DNA from: an uncultured Candidatus Rokubacteria bacterium
Lineage (GTDB): Bacteria; Methylomirabilota; Methylomirabilia; Rokubacteriales; DASRDR01
Direction: 5' to 3'
DNA: 64,000 nucleotides
Assembly: GCA_963805625.1 (NCBI GenBank)
Contig: CAWDVE010000010.1
Span: 1,824,001 to 1,888,000, forward strand
Shown: piece by piece, positions 47,991 through 57,633 of the stretch
Position numbering within the stretch: position 1 is the stretch's first letter
Layout: each line of letters starts with the position of its first letter
Program-made: the position numbers and the translations under genes
Notes under the pieces: generated by a model
The model's input: only the letters and a program-made list of their open reading frames with translations
What the model was told of the DNA's origin: nothing
Databases searched by the model: none

Positions 47991-49565
47991 CTACCGCTCG
48001 ACCTTCCAGATGGAGTCGAGGACGGTCCCGTCCACCCACTTCACGGCGGCGACGACCTGGCCGCTGCGTCGAGAAGGCTTGGGCTTGCCACCGCACACCT
48101 GTTCGACCTCCCGCTGGATGTCGCGGATGTCTCGGATGGGAAGACCCTTCCCCTTCACAGCATCCAGGAGGTCCCCCCGCCGGGGATTGATGGCAATCCC
48201 CCGTTCGGTGACGATGACGTCGACGAGCTCTCCCGGTCCGGTCAGCGTCGTGACTTCGTCCACGATCACCGGGATGCGATCCCGCATCGCCGGCACCGCC
48301 AGGACCGTACATTTCGCAAAGAGACAATTCTGCCATCCACCAATCCCGTGGAGAAGTCGACCATCGGAGTGGGTCACCACGTTGGCATTGAAGTTCACGT
48401 CCACCTCCGTGGCGCCCAGGACGACCACGTCCACGAACGTCCCGAAGAACCCTTTGCCGTGATAGTTGTACGAGGTGAAGGGGCTGGTCGCCTGGTGACG
48501 TGGGTTCTCCCGCATGGAGACCACGCCATCCAGATCGAATGTCTGGCCATCCAGGATGTAGTCGACAAGCCCCTCGTCCAGCATTCTCACCAGGTACTTC
48601 GTCGAGCCACCTCGGATGAATCGTGCGCGCACGCCCGCCCGCTTCATCATCTCCTGCAGGTAGATCGCAAAGGCCAGGGTGGTCCCACCGGCGCCCGCCT
48701 GGAAGGAGAATCCCTCCTTCATGATCCCCGCGTCCCGCACGAATCGGGCGGTCCATTCCGCGACGAGAAGACGGTCTGGGCTCCTGGTGATCTCGGTCGT
48801 CCCGGACACGATCTTGGCCGGATCGCCGATCCGATCCACGCAGACGACGAAGTCCACGTTGTTACCCTGGATCTGCCACGGGATCGCGGGAAAAGGGACG
48901 AGGTGATCGGTGACCACGATGACCCGGTCGGCATAGAGCGAGTCGGCCAACGCGAAGTACAGGGAGCCACAGGCGGCTGGCCCATGAACACCATTGGCGT
49001 TCCCGAACGCGTCAGCGCACGGGGCCGCGACGACCGCGATGTCAATGTGGACCTCACCGTCCTGGATGGCCTGCCAGCGTCCGCCATGGGACCGGAGGAC
49101 GCCGAGGCCGCGCATTCGGCCGTCGGTGCAGTAGTCCCCCAGCGGTCCGTTCAGGGAGCCCTCGATGTGATGCACCACTCCCGTCTCCATGTGGGCCATG
49201 ATCGGCGCATGGCATGGAAAGGAGGCGGACGGAAACCACGTGAGGTCACGCCTGCCCAGCTTCCCGCAGGCGTCAAAGAGCATGTTGCTCACGAAGTCGC
49301 CGTTCCGAAAGTGGTGATGGGTGGACAGGGTCATGCCGTCCCGGATGCCGCATGCCTCCAAGGCCTCGGTGAGCGATGCGACGCGTTTGTCACCGCCCGC
49401 CGGGTAGTCCGCCGCACTCCGAATCAGGGGTGCCGCCTTTCGCCCCTGCGCCCGATGTCCATGCACCGCCTGAAACGGCACTTGCTCCTGGCCATTCACC
49501 ACTTCGGGAACCAGGCGCCCCAGGGCGTTGGTTGTCAGGGCTACTGGAGTAGCTGTTCTAGCCAT
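47991..49565 (-). CDS. citF: Citrate lyase alpha subunit / citrate-ACP transferase-like
   Basis: GMTLSTHHHFRNGD, RSHGGR, SFQAGAGG, LGATEVDVNFNANV, VDVIVTERGIAINPRR, DGTVLD. Confidence 0.92.
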   Translation of the reverse strand: MARTATPVALTTNALGRLVPEVVNGQEQVPFQAVHGHRAQGRKAAPLIRSAADYPAGGDKRVASLTEALEACGIRDGMTLSTHHHFRNGDFVSNMLFDACGKLGRRDLTWFPSASFPCHAPIMAHMETGVVHHIEGSLNGPLGDYCTDGRMRGLGVLRSHGGRWQAIQDGEVHIDIAVVAAPCADAFGNANGVHGPAACGSLYFALADSLYADRVIVVTDHLVPFPAIPWQIQGNNVDFVVCVDRIGDPAKIVSGTTEITRSPDRLLVAEWTARFVRDAGIMKEGFSFQAGAGGTTLAFAIYLQEMMKRAGVRARFIRGGSTKYLVRMLDEGLVDYILDGQTFDLDGVVSMRENPRHQATSPFTSYNYHGKGFFGTFVDVVVLGATEVDVNFNANVVTHSDGRLLHGIGGWQNCLFAKCTVLAVPAMRDRIPVIVDEVTTLTGPGELVDVIVTERGIAINPRRGDLLDAVKGKGLPIRDIRDIQREVEQVCGGKPKPSRRSGQVVAAVKWVDGTVLDSIWKVER

Positions 49566-49610
49566 GAGGCTTCCCCGCAAGGAGATGTGTCGGGCGGAGG
49601 ATTGAACGAG

Positions 49611-50888
49611 TCACTGACCGCCAGCCCTCCCCGACGACTCCTTCGAGCCGCCGTCACCCTCCGCCGGGGCACTTTCCGCCCGGCGCCTCCAATCCTGGGG
49701 AAGGATCGCGAGGGCCTCGGCCATGCGCAAGATGCGCAACGCCCGCTTCACGACGGGTGGGTCCACCATCTTGGCGCCCAGGGCGACCACGCCGACCCCC
49801 CTCTGGGTCGCGTCCTCGAAGGCCAGGACGATTCGCTGGGCCTTCGCGATCTCGTCAGGTCTCGGCGCGAAGCCCGCATGGACGACGGGCACTTGCCGCG
49901 GGTGAATGCAGCCCTTCCCCTCGAATCCGAGGGCTTTCGCTTCCAGGACTGCCGCTCTCAGACCTTCCATGTCCGAGACGTCAGAAAAGACCGAGTCACT
50001 GGGCGTCACCCCCGCCGCGCGCGCCGCGTTGACCACCGTCTGGCGGGCCCACAGCGACTCGCGGCCCTCGGCCGTGCGCTCGACGCCCACGTCCGCCGTG
50101 TAGTCCTCCAAGCCGATGGTGAGGGCCACGACGTTCGGGCTGGCCGAGGCGATGGCGAGGGCGTTGAAACACCCCAGGGCGCTCTCGATGATGGGAACCA
50201 GCAAGCACGGCTCCGGGAGCCCGGCCTCCCGCCGCGCAGCTTCCGCCCGTGCGTCGACCGTCCTCACCTGCTCGGCCGTCTCCGCCTTCGGAATCAGGAG
50301 CACGTGAGCGTTCTGCGGCACCACCGCGTCCACGTCCTCGAGACCGAGCCTCCCTTGGTTGATGCGAACCATCCGCTCGCAGGGCCGGAAGTCCACGGCC
50401 CGTAGCGCGTTCCTCACCAGGAGCCGCGCGGCGTCCTTCTCGGTCGGCGCCACCGCGTCCTCGAGGTCCAGGATGACCGCGTCCGGCTGGTGCAGCCTCG
50501 CATTCAGGAAGTGCTTGGGCTCGCCACCCGGCAGGTAGAGGCGCGACCGACGGAAGCGGTCGCGCGTGGTCCTGGCGTCCCAACCGGGTCCCGAAGCCGG
50601 CAGGAACGTGGCGCTGCCGCCCATACCCGCGCGCTTGACGGCGGCCTCGATCCGCGCCGCCAGGACGAAGTCGAGGGCACCCTGGTCCTCGACCGCGACC
50701 GCGGCATGCCGTACTCCCAGCGCGTCCAGGGCCGCGCGGCACGTGCCGCGCACCACCTCCCCGTACATCGCCTCGACTTTCGATTTGACGCAGAGGCTCA
50801 CCCCGCCGTCGCCGCGTGCTTCCACGCGAACCCAGCAGTCCGAGCGGGCGCGCTCGCCCCGGTGGCCGGCCTCACCGACGTGGGTCAT
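49611..50888 (-). CDS. Fused citrate lyase ACP (CitD) and citryl-ACP lyase (CitE)
   Basis: N-terminal AG...RSDCWV...SKVEAMYG...EDQGALDFVLAARIEAA (CitD); C-terminal RRSRLYLPG, LDLEDAV, IIESA, GLEDY, GKGCIHPRQ, KMVDPPV (CitE). Confidence 0.9.
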   Translation of the reverse strand: MTHVGEAGHRGERARSDCWVRVEARGDGGVSLCVKSKVEAMYGEVVRGTCRAALDALGVRHAAVAVEDQGALDFVLAARIEAAVKRAGMGGSATFLPASGPGWDARTTRDRFRRSRLYLPGGEPKHFLNARLHQPDAVILDLEDAVAPTEKDAARLLVRNALRAVDFRPCERMVRINQGRLGLEDVDAVVPQNAHVLLIPKAETAEQVRTVDARAEAARREAGLPEPCLLVPIIESALGCFNALAIASASPNVVALTIGLEDYTADVGVERTAEGRESLWARQTVVNAARAAGVTPSDSVFSDVSDMEGLRAAVLEAKALGFEGKGCIHPRQVPVVHAGFAPRPDEIAKAQRIVLAFEDATQRGVGVVALGAKMVDPPVVKRALRILRMAEALAILPQDWRRRAESAPAEGDGGSKESSGRAGGQ

Positions 50889-50954
50889 GGCCTCGTGCTC
50901 GGCCCGGGAGCCAGCTCGGGCTGCGGTCCGCCAGCGTCGCCCGGAGGCACGATG

Positions 50955-51608
50955 TCAGGCGCTCACGTATCGCAGGACGATGTCGACGATGTCTCGCCGG
51001 CGCGCCGCGAGCGCTTCCGGCGACGCCATGTCATGGCGAAAGATCGTCCCGAACGTGTACCGGTTGGCGATCTGGAACAGCGGCAGCGCGCTGATCGTCA
51101 TGTGAAGGCTCACCGCATCGAGACCCTCGCGGAACACACCGTCGTCGGCCCCGCGCCGCAGAACCTTCTCGGTCGCATCGATGATGGAGATGTTCAGGCC
51201 GCTGATCGAGGCCGAGCGCGCGATGTTCCTACCCTTCTGCACGTTTTCGATGGCCACCAGCTTGGTGAACTCCGGATTCTTCCAGTGGTAGTCGCACGTG
51301 AACTCGACCAGGCGCCGCATGGCGGCGAGCGGCGGCAGATCGTCGAGGCGCAACTGCTGTTCCGCCTCCCGGATCCTTCGATACGCATCCTCCAGCACGG
51401 CCATGAACAGCTGTCGTTTGCTCTTGAAGTAGTAGTAGAGCATTCGCTTGTTGGTACGGGTCCGGGCCGCGATCGCGTCCACTCGAGCGCCATTCAATCC
51501 GCGCTCGGAAAACTCCTTCGTCGCCGCGGCGAGAATCTCGGCCCTCGTGCGCTCGGCGTTCCGCCGCCTGGGCGCCGGAGGCAGGGCGTGCCGACCCTTG
51601 GCTCTCAT
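50955..51608 (-). CDS. TetR-family regulator (RutR-like)
   Basis: RNAERTRAEILAAATKEF...GARVDAIA..T.TNKRMLYYYFKSK. Confidence 0.92.
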   Translation of the reverse strand: MRAKGRHALPPAPRRRNAERTRAEILAAATKEFSERGLNGARVDAIAARTRTNKRMLYYYFKSKRQLFMAVLEDAYRRIREAEQQLRLDDLPPLAAMRRLVEFTCDYHWKNPEFTKLVAIENVQKGRNIARSASISGLNISIIDATEKVLRRGADDGVFREGLDAVSLHMTISALPLFQIANRYTFGTIFRHDMASPEALAARRRDIVDIVLRYVSA

Positions 51609-52079
51609 CTTTGCCGGTTCCCGCGCCGCGCTCCCCGAGTCGTAGCGGCTTCGAACTCCGTTTCTGAGACAACGAAGCGGCCCCGAAAGGCCGAATCCTC
51701 CGAGTGGCTGGGGAGCGCGCCGATTCTGCTCACACGCCCCTCCCCGGTCATCCCGATGGTACCCCAACAGCCGTGAAGCGCTCGACACCCGGCACCGCAC
51801 GCACAGGATGTCCCGACGGGCGGCCTGTGTCCAAGGTCGCGACCTTCGCCTCCAGCGCGGCGCCCTCCGCATCGGGTGTCACGACCTGCGCCCGCAACTC
51901 TGTCGTGAGCTACAGGAGCTGGCCGGTGACCCGCAGCGCCTCCCTCAAGGTGCGAGGCCGACGACCCGTCACATGCCAACACGGACCGCAGGCCCCCCAG
52001 CAGGGCCGCAACGCTTGGTAGTGCTACCCTGCAGCCGGTTCCAGTGGCCGAGACACCTGAACGCTTGCGCGAAGCGACC

Positions 52080-52514
52080 CTATTTCGCCAGCAGCCGAAC
52101 CATGGCGGCCACCGCCGTAGGATATCCATCCGCGCCCAATCCCATGAGGATCGCGGTCGCCACCCCGGACACCAGCGAGTGATGGTAAATCTCTTCGCGC
52201 CGATGGATGTTCGAGATGTGCAACTCGAAGATCGGGCCGGGAAACATCTTCAGCGCGTCGAGGATGGGGATCGACCGGAACGTAAGGCCCGCCGGGTTGA
52301 TGATGATGCCGACACCCCGGTCTATGGCCTCGTGGATCCAGTCGACGATCTCGTGTTCGGCGTTCGATTGCCGGAATTCGATGGCGCGGTCGCCCGCGGC
52401 TTTCCGGCACATCGCTTCGACCTCGGCGAGAGTCGTCGTCCCGTAGATTTCCGGCTCCCGTTTCCCGAGCCGGTTCAGGTTCGGTCCGTTGAGAACGTAG
52501 ATCGGCTTGGTCAT
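52080..52514 (-). CDS. aroQ: Type II 3-dehydroquinate dehydratase
   Basis: LNGPNLNRLGKREPEIYG, QSNAE, INPAG, ELHISNIHRRE. Confidence 0.95.
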   Translation of the reverse strand: MTKPIYVLNGPNLNRLGKREPEIYGTTTLAEVEAMCRKAAGDRAIEFRQSNAEHEIVDWIHEAIDRGVGIIINPAGLTFRSIPILDALKMFPGPIFELHISNIHRREEIYHHSLVSGVATAILMGLGADGYPTAVAAMVRLLAK

Positions 52515-52538
52515 CGCATTGTCTCTTCTCCGGCGAGC

Positions 52539-53840
52539 TCAGCCCGTGTAGCCCAGGAGCCGGGGCAGATAGAGTACAAGATCCGGGAAGACGGTAATCA
52601 GCGCAAGCACACCTATCATGGCGCCAAGAAACGGAATGACGTCACGCACCAGATCCTTGAGGGGTACCTCTGCGATCTTGACCATGAGGAAGAGCAGCAG
52701 GCCGTACGGCGGCGTGATCAGGCCGAGCATGATGTTGACCACCGCGACCACCCCGAAATGCACCGGGTCGATGCCCAGCGCCTGGGCGGTCGGAAGCAGA
52801 ACCGGGATGATGATGAGGATGATCGTGGTTCCCTCCAGGAAACAGCCAAGGAACACAAGGATGATGTTGACGACCAGCAGAAACATCAGCGGCGCGAACT
52901 GGATACCCTGCAGCATCGCGGCGAGCGTCTTCGGGACGTTCTCCACAGTGACGACATAGTTGAAGACGATGGCGGCGGCGATCAGGATGCCGATCGAAGC
53001 GGTCATGCGCGCGCTGTTGAGCACCGCCACATATAGGTCGCGCCAGCTGATACTGCGATCAAGCGCGGCCGACACGAGCAGCGCATACGCGGCTGCGACC
53101 GCGGCCGCCTCCGTGGGCGTGGTCATCCCGCTGTAGATGCCACCGAGCAGCACCACGGGCATCATGAGCGCAGGCAGCGATCGCCACGTAATGCCGGGCA
53201 GCTCCAGCAGCGGGATGGGCTTCTCGACCGGGAAGTTCCGCCGCTTGGCGATGAACGCGATCAGCCCCATCTGCGCAAAGCCGAGGAGCAGGCCCGGGAC
53301 GACGCCCCCGAGGAAGAGGTAGCCGACGGAAGTGTCGGCCACCAGGGCGTATATCACCATCGGAATCGAGGGCGGGATGATGGGTCCGATGACCGACGAC
53401 GACGCCGTCAAGGCGGCGGCAAAGCTCGCCGTGTACTTTCCGTCCTGCGTCATCATTCGCTGCATCAACTTGCCGGAGCCAGCTGCGTCCGCAAGGGCCG
53501 AGCCCGACATCCCCGCGAAGATGATGCTTTGAACGACGTTGACGTGGGCGAGTCCGCCGCGGAAGCGGCCCACTAACGCGTCGCAGAAGCGCAGCAGCCT
53601 CTCCGTGATACTGCCGGTGTTCATGAACTCGGCGGCGAGGATGAACAGCGGAATGGCAAGCAGCACGTAGCTTCTATACATGCCGTTGAGCAGCTGCTCG
53701 GCGGCGGTTCCCATGTCGAGTCCGGCCAGGTACAGGTAAAGCACCGACCCGCCGATCATCGCGTGTCCGATCGGAAGCCCGAGCAGGCTGAGGGTGACGA
53801 TTGCCATGACGCACAAGGAGAAAGGGCTGGCAGGATTCAC
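52539..53840 (-). CDS. dctM: TRAP transporter large permease
   Basis: LLAIPLFILA, GGLAHVN, MSGSALADA, IPPSIP, TPTEAA, GIDPVHFG, ITPPYG. Confidence 0.93.
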   Translation of the reverse strand: MNPASPFSLCVMAIVTLSLLGLPIGHAMIGGSVLYLYLAGLDMGTAAEQLLNGMYRSYVLLAIPLFILAAEFMNTGSITERLLRFCDALVGRFRGGLAHVNVVQSIIFAGMSGSALADAAGSGKLMQRMMTQDGKYTASFAAALTASSSVIGPIIPPSIPMVIYALVADTSVGYLFLGGVVPGLLLGFAQMGLIAFIAKRRNFPVEKPIPLLELPGITWRSLPALMMPVVLLGGIYSGMTTPTEAAAVAAAYALLVSAALDRSISWRDLYVAVLNSARMTASIGILIAAAIVFNYVVTVENVPKTLAAMLQGIQFAPLMFLLVVNIILVFLGCFLEGTTIILIIIPVLLPTAQALGIDPVHFGVVAVVNIMLGLITPPYGLLLFLMVKIAEVPLKDLVRDVIPFLGAMIGVLALITVFPDLVLYLPRLLGYTG

Positions 53841-54358
53841 AGGCCGGAGCTCACCCTGTCCGGGTCCGGCGCTGCGTGCTCCTTGCCGCCCAGCAGGTGC
53901 CAGAGAATCCATGCATATCGGGCGATGATGGCGGCAGCGAACAGGATGTAGACGAAATACAGATAGTCGAAGCGGATCTTGAGATAGGCCGTCTTCTCGA
54001 CCTTCATGAAGTTGACGTAGTCGAGCGCGGGTTTGAAGGACACAACATACAGCACCAGGATTGCAATCCCAGTGATGACTCCCATGATGCGGCGCATTCG
54101 GGGGCTGACCGCGCCATAGATGATGTCGAAGCGGATTTCCTCGCTTTCCTTCACGACGAAGGCGGCGCCCCAGAGCACGCCCCAGAGCCAGGTGATGACG
54201 GTCAGCTCGGAGGACCAGCCGATCGGGAAGTTTAGGAGATACCGGAAGACGATCTGCACGAGGAAGGCGACGAACATGACCGCGAGCAGGGCGGCCAGGA
54301 CATTCTCCGCCCGGCGTCTCAGCCAGCCTCCAGCCTGCCCCAGCCATGGATGTATCAC
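53837..54358 (-). CDS. dctQ: TRAP transporter small permease
   Basis: QIVFRY...WSSEL...IRFD, four TMs; start approximate. Confidence 0.88.
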   Translation of the reverse strand: MIHPWLGQAGGWLRRRAENVLAALLAVMFVAFLVQIVFRYLLNFPIGWSSELTVITWLWGVLWGAAFVVKESEEIRFDIIYGAVSPRMRRIMGVITGIAILVLYVVSFKPALDYVNFMKVEKTAYLKIRFDYLYFVYILFAAAIIARYAWILWHLLGGKEHAAPDPDRVSSGL

Positions 54359-54429
54359 GAAAGTCGCCCCCCAACCTGCGAGTAGGCGCGCCTGCCGTCG
54401 CACCCATGGCCGGCGGCAGGCGCGCGGAC

Positions 54430-55425
54430 TTACTTCAGCGCGTTGATCTTGTCGAGCATGCCGCTCGGCCAGGCCTTCGCTTGGTCCGAGCTCATGTACA
54501 TCTTCTGGGCGTAGTCGCGGAAGGCGTTGACGTCCGGGGAGTAGATCTCGAGGCCCTGCTTCCTGAAGAAGTCGGCCAGCTCCGCCTCGCGCTTCAGGTG
54601 CTCGTTCGTGCTCCAGGCGATCGCCTTGTCGGCAGCCGCCTGGAAGGCCCGCTGTGTACCGGGCGACATGCTTTGCCAGGTCTTCAGGTTGATCGTGAGC
54701 AGGTCGAAACCGACCAGGTGCGAGGTCAGCACGATCTGCGACATCACCTCGTAGAACTTCATGTTTTGGACGTTCGGCAGGGGGTTGTCCTGCCCGTCGA
54801 TCGCGCCGCTCTGCAGCCCGGTGTAGACCTCGGCATAGGCCATGGGCGTGGGATTTGCGCCCAGAGAGCGGCCGAGGAACTGCCATGCGTCGCCGCCGGG
54901 CATCCGCAGCTTGATGCCGGCCATATCGGCAGGCGTGACGATCTTCTTCTTCGGCTTCAGGCCGACCTGCCGGGTGCCGAAGAAGGTCGGCCCCAGGATC
55001 TTCACCTTGAGCTCATCCTCCACCATCTGTTTCATCTGCGCGCCGAGCTCGCTGGCGAAGAAAGCGTTCAGGTGGTTGGCGTCCCGGAACAGGTAGGCCG
55101 AGGTCAGGATCGACCACGCCGGGAGCTGGTTGGAGATGTCCTGCGGCGCGGGATTTCCCATCTCCAGGTTGTTGCGCTGCAGGGCGACCAGTTCCGTGCC
55201 CTGCTTGAACAGCGAGCCGTTGTAAAAAGGCTCCAGCTTGAAGTCGCCTTCGATGTCTTTCGCGAGCATCTGGATCATGCTGGCGCGGATGTCCTTGTCG
55301 GAGAAGACCGCCGCGAAGCGGAGGGTAGGCTTGGCCTGCGCCCAGGCGGGCAATGCGTACGCGACAGCAAGGGCGGCACCGGCCTTGAGTACCGAACGGC
55401 GGTGGATGCTGGGATTGAACTCCAT
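54430..55425 (-). CDS. dctP: TRAP substrate-binding protein with Tat signal
   Basis: RRSVLK twin-Arg signal, GIKLRMP, EVYTGLQSGAIDGQDNP. Confidence 0.93.
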   Translation of the reverse strand: MEFNPSIHRRSVLKAGAALAVAYALPAWAQAKPTLRFAAVFSDKDIRASMIQMLAKDIEGDFKLEPFYNGSLFKQGTELVALQRNNLEMGNPAPQDISNQLPAWSILTSAYLFRDANHLNAFFASELGAQMKQMVEDELKVKILGPTFFGTRQVGLKPKKKIVTPADMAGIKLRMPGGDAWQFLGRSLGANPTPMAYAEVYTGLQSGAIDGQDNPLPNVQNMKFYEVMSQIVLTSHLVGFDLLTINLKTWQSMSPGTQRAFQAAADKAIAWSTNEHLKREAELADFFRKQGLEIYSPDVNAFRDYAQKMYMSSDQAKAWPSGMLDKINALK

Positions 55426-55509
55426 GCGGTTCTCCTCTCTATGAAGTGCGTGTGGATTGGTCGGGTAGCTGATGGGTGCCGGAACACTGCACGCCCTGGA
55501 CGCCGGCGC

Positions 55510-56586
55510 TCATCGGGGCGGCACCGTCGGCCCGGGGTCTGCCTTTCCAGGCTCCGACATGGAAAAGAGCACCTTCACGCTCCGACGGTCGCGGAATGCA
55601 TCGAAGGCCTCCTTCGCCTGATCCAGGCGAAACCGCTGCGTGATCAACGGTTCCGCGATGATCTTCTTGTATTGCACCCAGCGGATGGCCCGCTGGTACC
55701 AGCGAAGCGTGCCCGCGACATCGCCCATCACCGTGACCCCCTTTCGCATGAGGGTCAGCGGACTGATCGTGGCCTCGGGATACAGTCCGAAGAGCATCAC
55801 GCGACCATAGACGCTGGCCAGATCGATGGCCTGACCGACCGTGGAGGGATGGTTGGCGGCCTCCACGACGATGTCGCATCCCAGCCCACCGGTGAGCTCC
55901 TTCACTCGCCTTACCGCGTCCTCTCGGCTCGCGTTGATCACGTGGTCGGCACCCAGCGTCCTGGCGATCTCCAGCCGCGCCGCGTCCTGATCGAGGCCGA
56001 TGACGATGGAGATGGAGGCGCCCGCCGCCTTGAACGCCTGAAGATGGAACAGGCCGATGGAGCCGGGCCCGATGATGGCCACCGAGTCCCCGACGCGCGG
56101 CTTCACGTGTTCGAGGGTTCGGACGGCGAGCATGATGGGCTCGAGCACCGCCGCCTCGGTCATAGACACGGCATCGGGGAGCTTGCAGGCGGCGAAGGAG
56201 GGCACGACCCGATACTCCGAGAACGTACCATCGCGGGTGATGCCGAGATGCTTCCAGCCCTGGCACATGTTCGGGCTGTCATCCATGCAGTGCGGGCACT
56301 GGCCGCACCCCCAGGAAGGGTTCAGGCCGACTCGGTCGCCCTCCTCGAGGTTGGTCACCCCGTTGCCCAGTCCGGCGACCACGCCTGCGCCTTCGTGGCC
56401 CATGACCACCGGCATCGGCACCGGAACGCGGCCGGTGTACTGGTTCTTCAGGATCATGACGTCGCTGTAGCAGATGCCGGCCGCCCCCATCCGGACGAGG
56501 ACCTCGCCGGGCCCCGGAGTCGGGACCGGCAGGTCTCTCACCTCCGGCGCCTCCGTCCCCTCCAGAGTCTTCACGAGCGCCAGCAT
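55510..56586 (-). CDS. Zn-dependent MDR alcohol dehydrogenase (threonine/sorbitol DH-like)
   Basis: GICYSD, GHEGAG, CGQCPHC...C, GPGSIG. Confidence 0.92.
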   Translation of the reverse strand: MLALVKTLEGTEAPEVRDLPVPTPGPGEVLVRMGAAGICYSDVMILKNQYTGRVPVPMPVVMGHEGAGVVAGLGNGVTNLEEGDRVGLNPSWGCGQCPHCMDDSPNMCQGWKHLGITRDGTFSEYRVVPSFAACKLPDAVSMTEAAVLEPIMLAVRTLEHVKPRVGDSVAIIGPGSIGLFHLQAFKAAGASISIVIGLDQDAARLEIARTLGADHVINASREDAVRRVKELTGGLGCDIVVEAANHPSTVGQAIDLASVYGRVMLFGLYPEATISPLTLMRKGVTVMGDVAGTLRWYQRAIRWVQYKKIIAEPLITQRFRLDQAKEAFDAFRDRRSVKVLFSMSEPGKADPGPTVPPR

Positions 56587-56590
56587 GGCG

Positions 56591-57631
56591 TCAGGCCCCG
56601 GGAGTGAACATGATCTTGACAGCTTCCGCGTCGCGCATCGCCGGGAGCGCGGAGACCGCCTCGGCGAGGGGCAGACGGTGCGTGATGAGGCGCTCGAGCT
56701 GCACCTTGCCGGAGCGAATCAGGCGGATCGCCTCGGCGTAGTGCCGGCGCACGCTCGCGACCACCCCGATCCAGAGGAGGTTCTTGCGCATGACCGCCAG
56801 CGCATCGATCTCGGTGGCCCGGGCCAGCCCGAGGGTCGCCAAGGCACCGGCGCCACTCACGATGTCCAGCGCCGTCTGAACGGCCTCGGGGGTGCCGCCC
56901 GCCTCGACGACGACTCCGACGCCAACGCCGTCCGTCAGCCGTGCAGCGTACTCCTGCGCCTCCTTGCGATCCGCCACCACGGCCGCGTCGGCCCCGACCG
57001 TGCGAGCCAGCGCCAGCCGCTTCTCGTCCCCTCGCTTCCCGAAGACCACGATCGGCGACAAGCCGGCGGCCCGGAGCACCTGGACGTGAAGCAGCCCGAG
57101 CGGGCCCGGCCCGATGACGGCAGCGGGCTGCCCGGGAGTGGGCCGGAGGCGCTCCAGCGTGTGAACCGCGGTGGCGAATGGCTCCAGGAATGCGGCGCTC
57201 TCGAACGACACGTCGTCAGGGAGCGGGAGGAGCGACGACGCGGGCACGGTGACGAACTCGGCGAGGGCCCCGGCGCGCGTCAGACCGATGTGGTGCCAAT
57301 CCTGGCAGAGGTTGTAGTCGCCTCGCATGCAGTGGAAGCAGCGGCCGCACCCGCTCACTCCCTCCATCGCGACCCGCGTCCCCGGCTCGGGACCCGAGGT
57401 GCCCGGGCCCAGCTCCACGAGCACCCCGGCCGCTTCATGCCCGACGATGAGCGGGAACGGCATGGGGCGCTTCCGCCCCCGGTACGCGTCGTCGTAGACG
57501 AGCAGCTCCGTCCCGCACATGCCGGATTGGGCCACCTTGACCAGCGCTTCGCCCAGCTGCGGGACCGGGACGGGCGCCTCGCCGACGATCATGTTCCCCA
57601 CCCCGGGCGCCGTCTTGATGAACGCTTGCAT
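56591..57631 (-). CDS. Zn-dependent MDR alcohol dehydrogenase
   Basis: GMCGTE, GHEAAG, CGRCFHC...C, GPGPLG; start MQAFIK. Confidence 0.92.
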   Translation of the reverse strand: MQAFIKTAPGVGNMIVGEAPVPVPQLGEALVKVAQSGMCGTELLVYDDAYRGRKRPMPFPLIVGHEAAGVLVELGPGTSGPEPGTRVAMEGVSGCGRCFHCMRGDYNLCQDWHHIGLTRAGALAEFVTVPASSLLPLPDDVSFESAAFLEPFATAVHTLERLRPTPGQPAAVIGPGPLGLLHVQVLRAAGLSPIVVFGKRGDEKRLALARTVGADAAVVADRKEAQEYAARLTDGVGVGVVVEAGGTPEAVQTALDIVSGAGALATLGLARATEIDALAVMRKNLLWIGVVASVRRHYAEAIRLIRSGKVQLERLITHRLPLAEAVSALPAMRDAEAVKIMFTPGA

Positions 57632-57633
57632 GG

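Noticed and set aside
46566-50405. 1279-aa plus-strand ORF
   Set aside because: Antisense to the LLM, citF and citDE genes; no recognisable motifs.
51780-52060. Possible transposase or other gene remnant between aroQ and TetR
   Set aside because: A short helical-looking reading with an internal stop, but no family motif I can identify.
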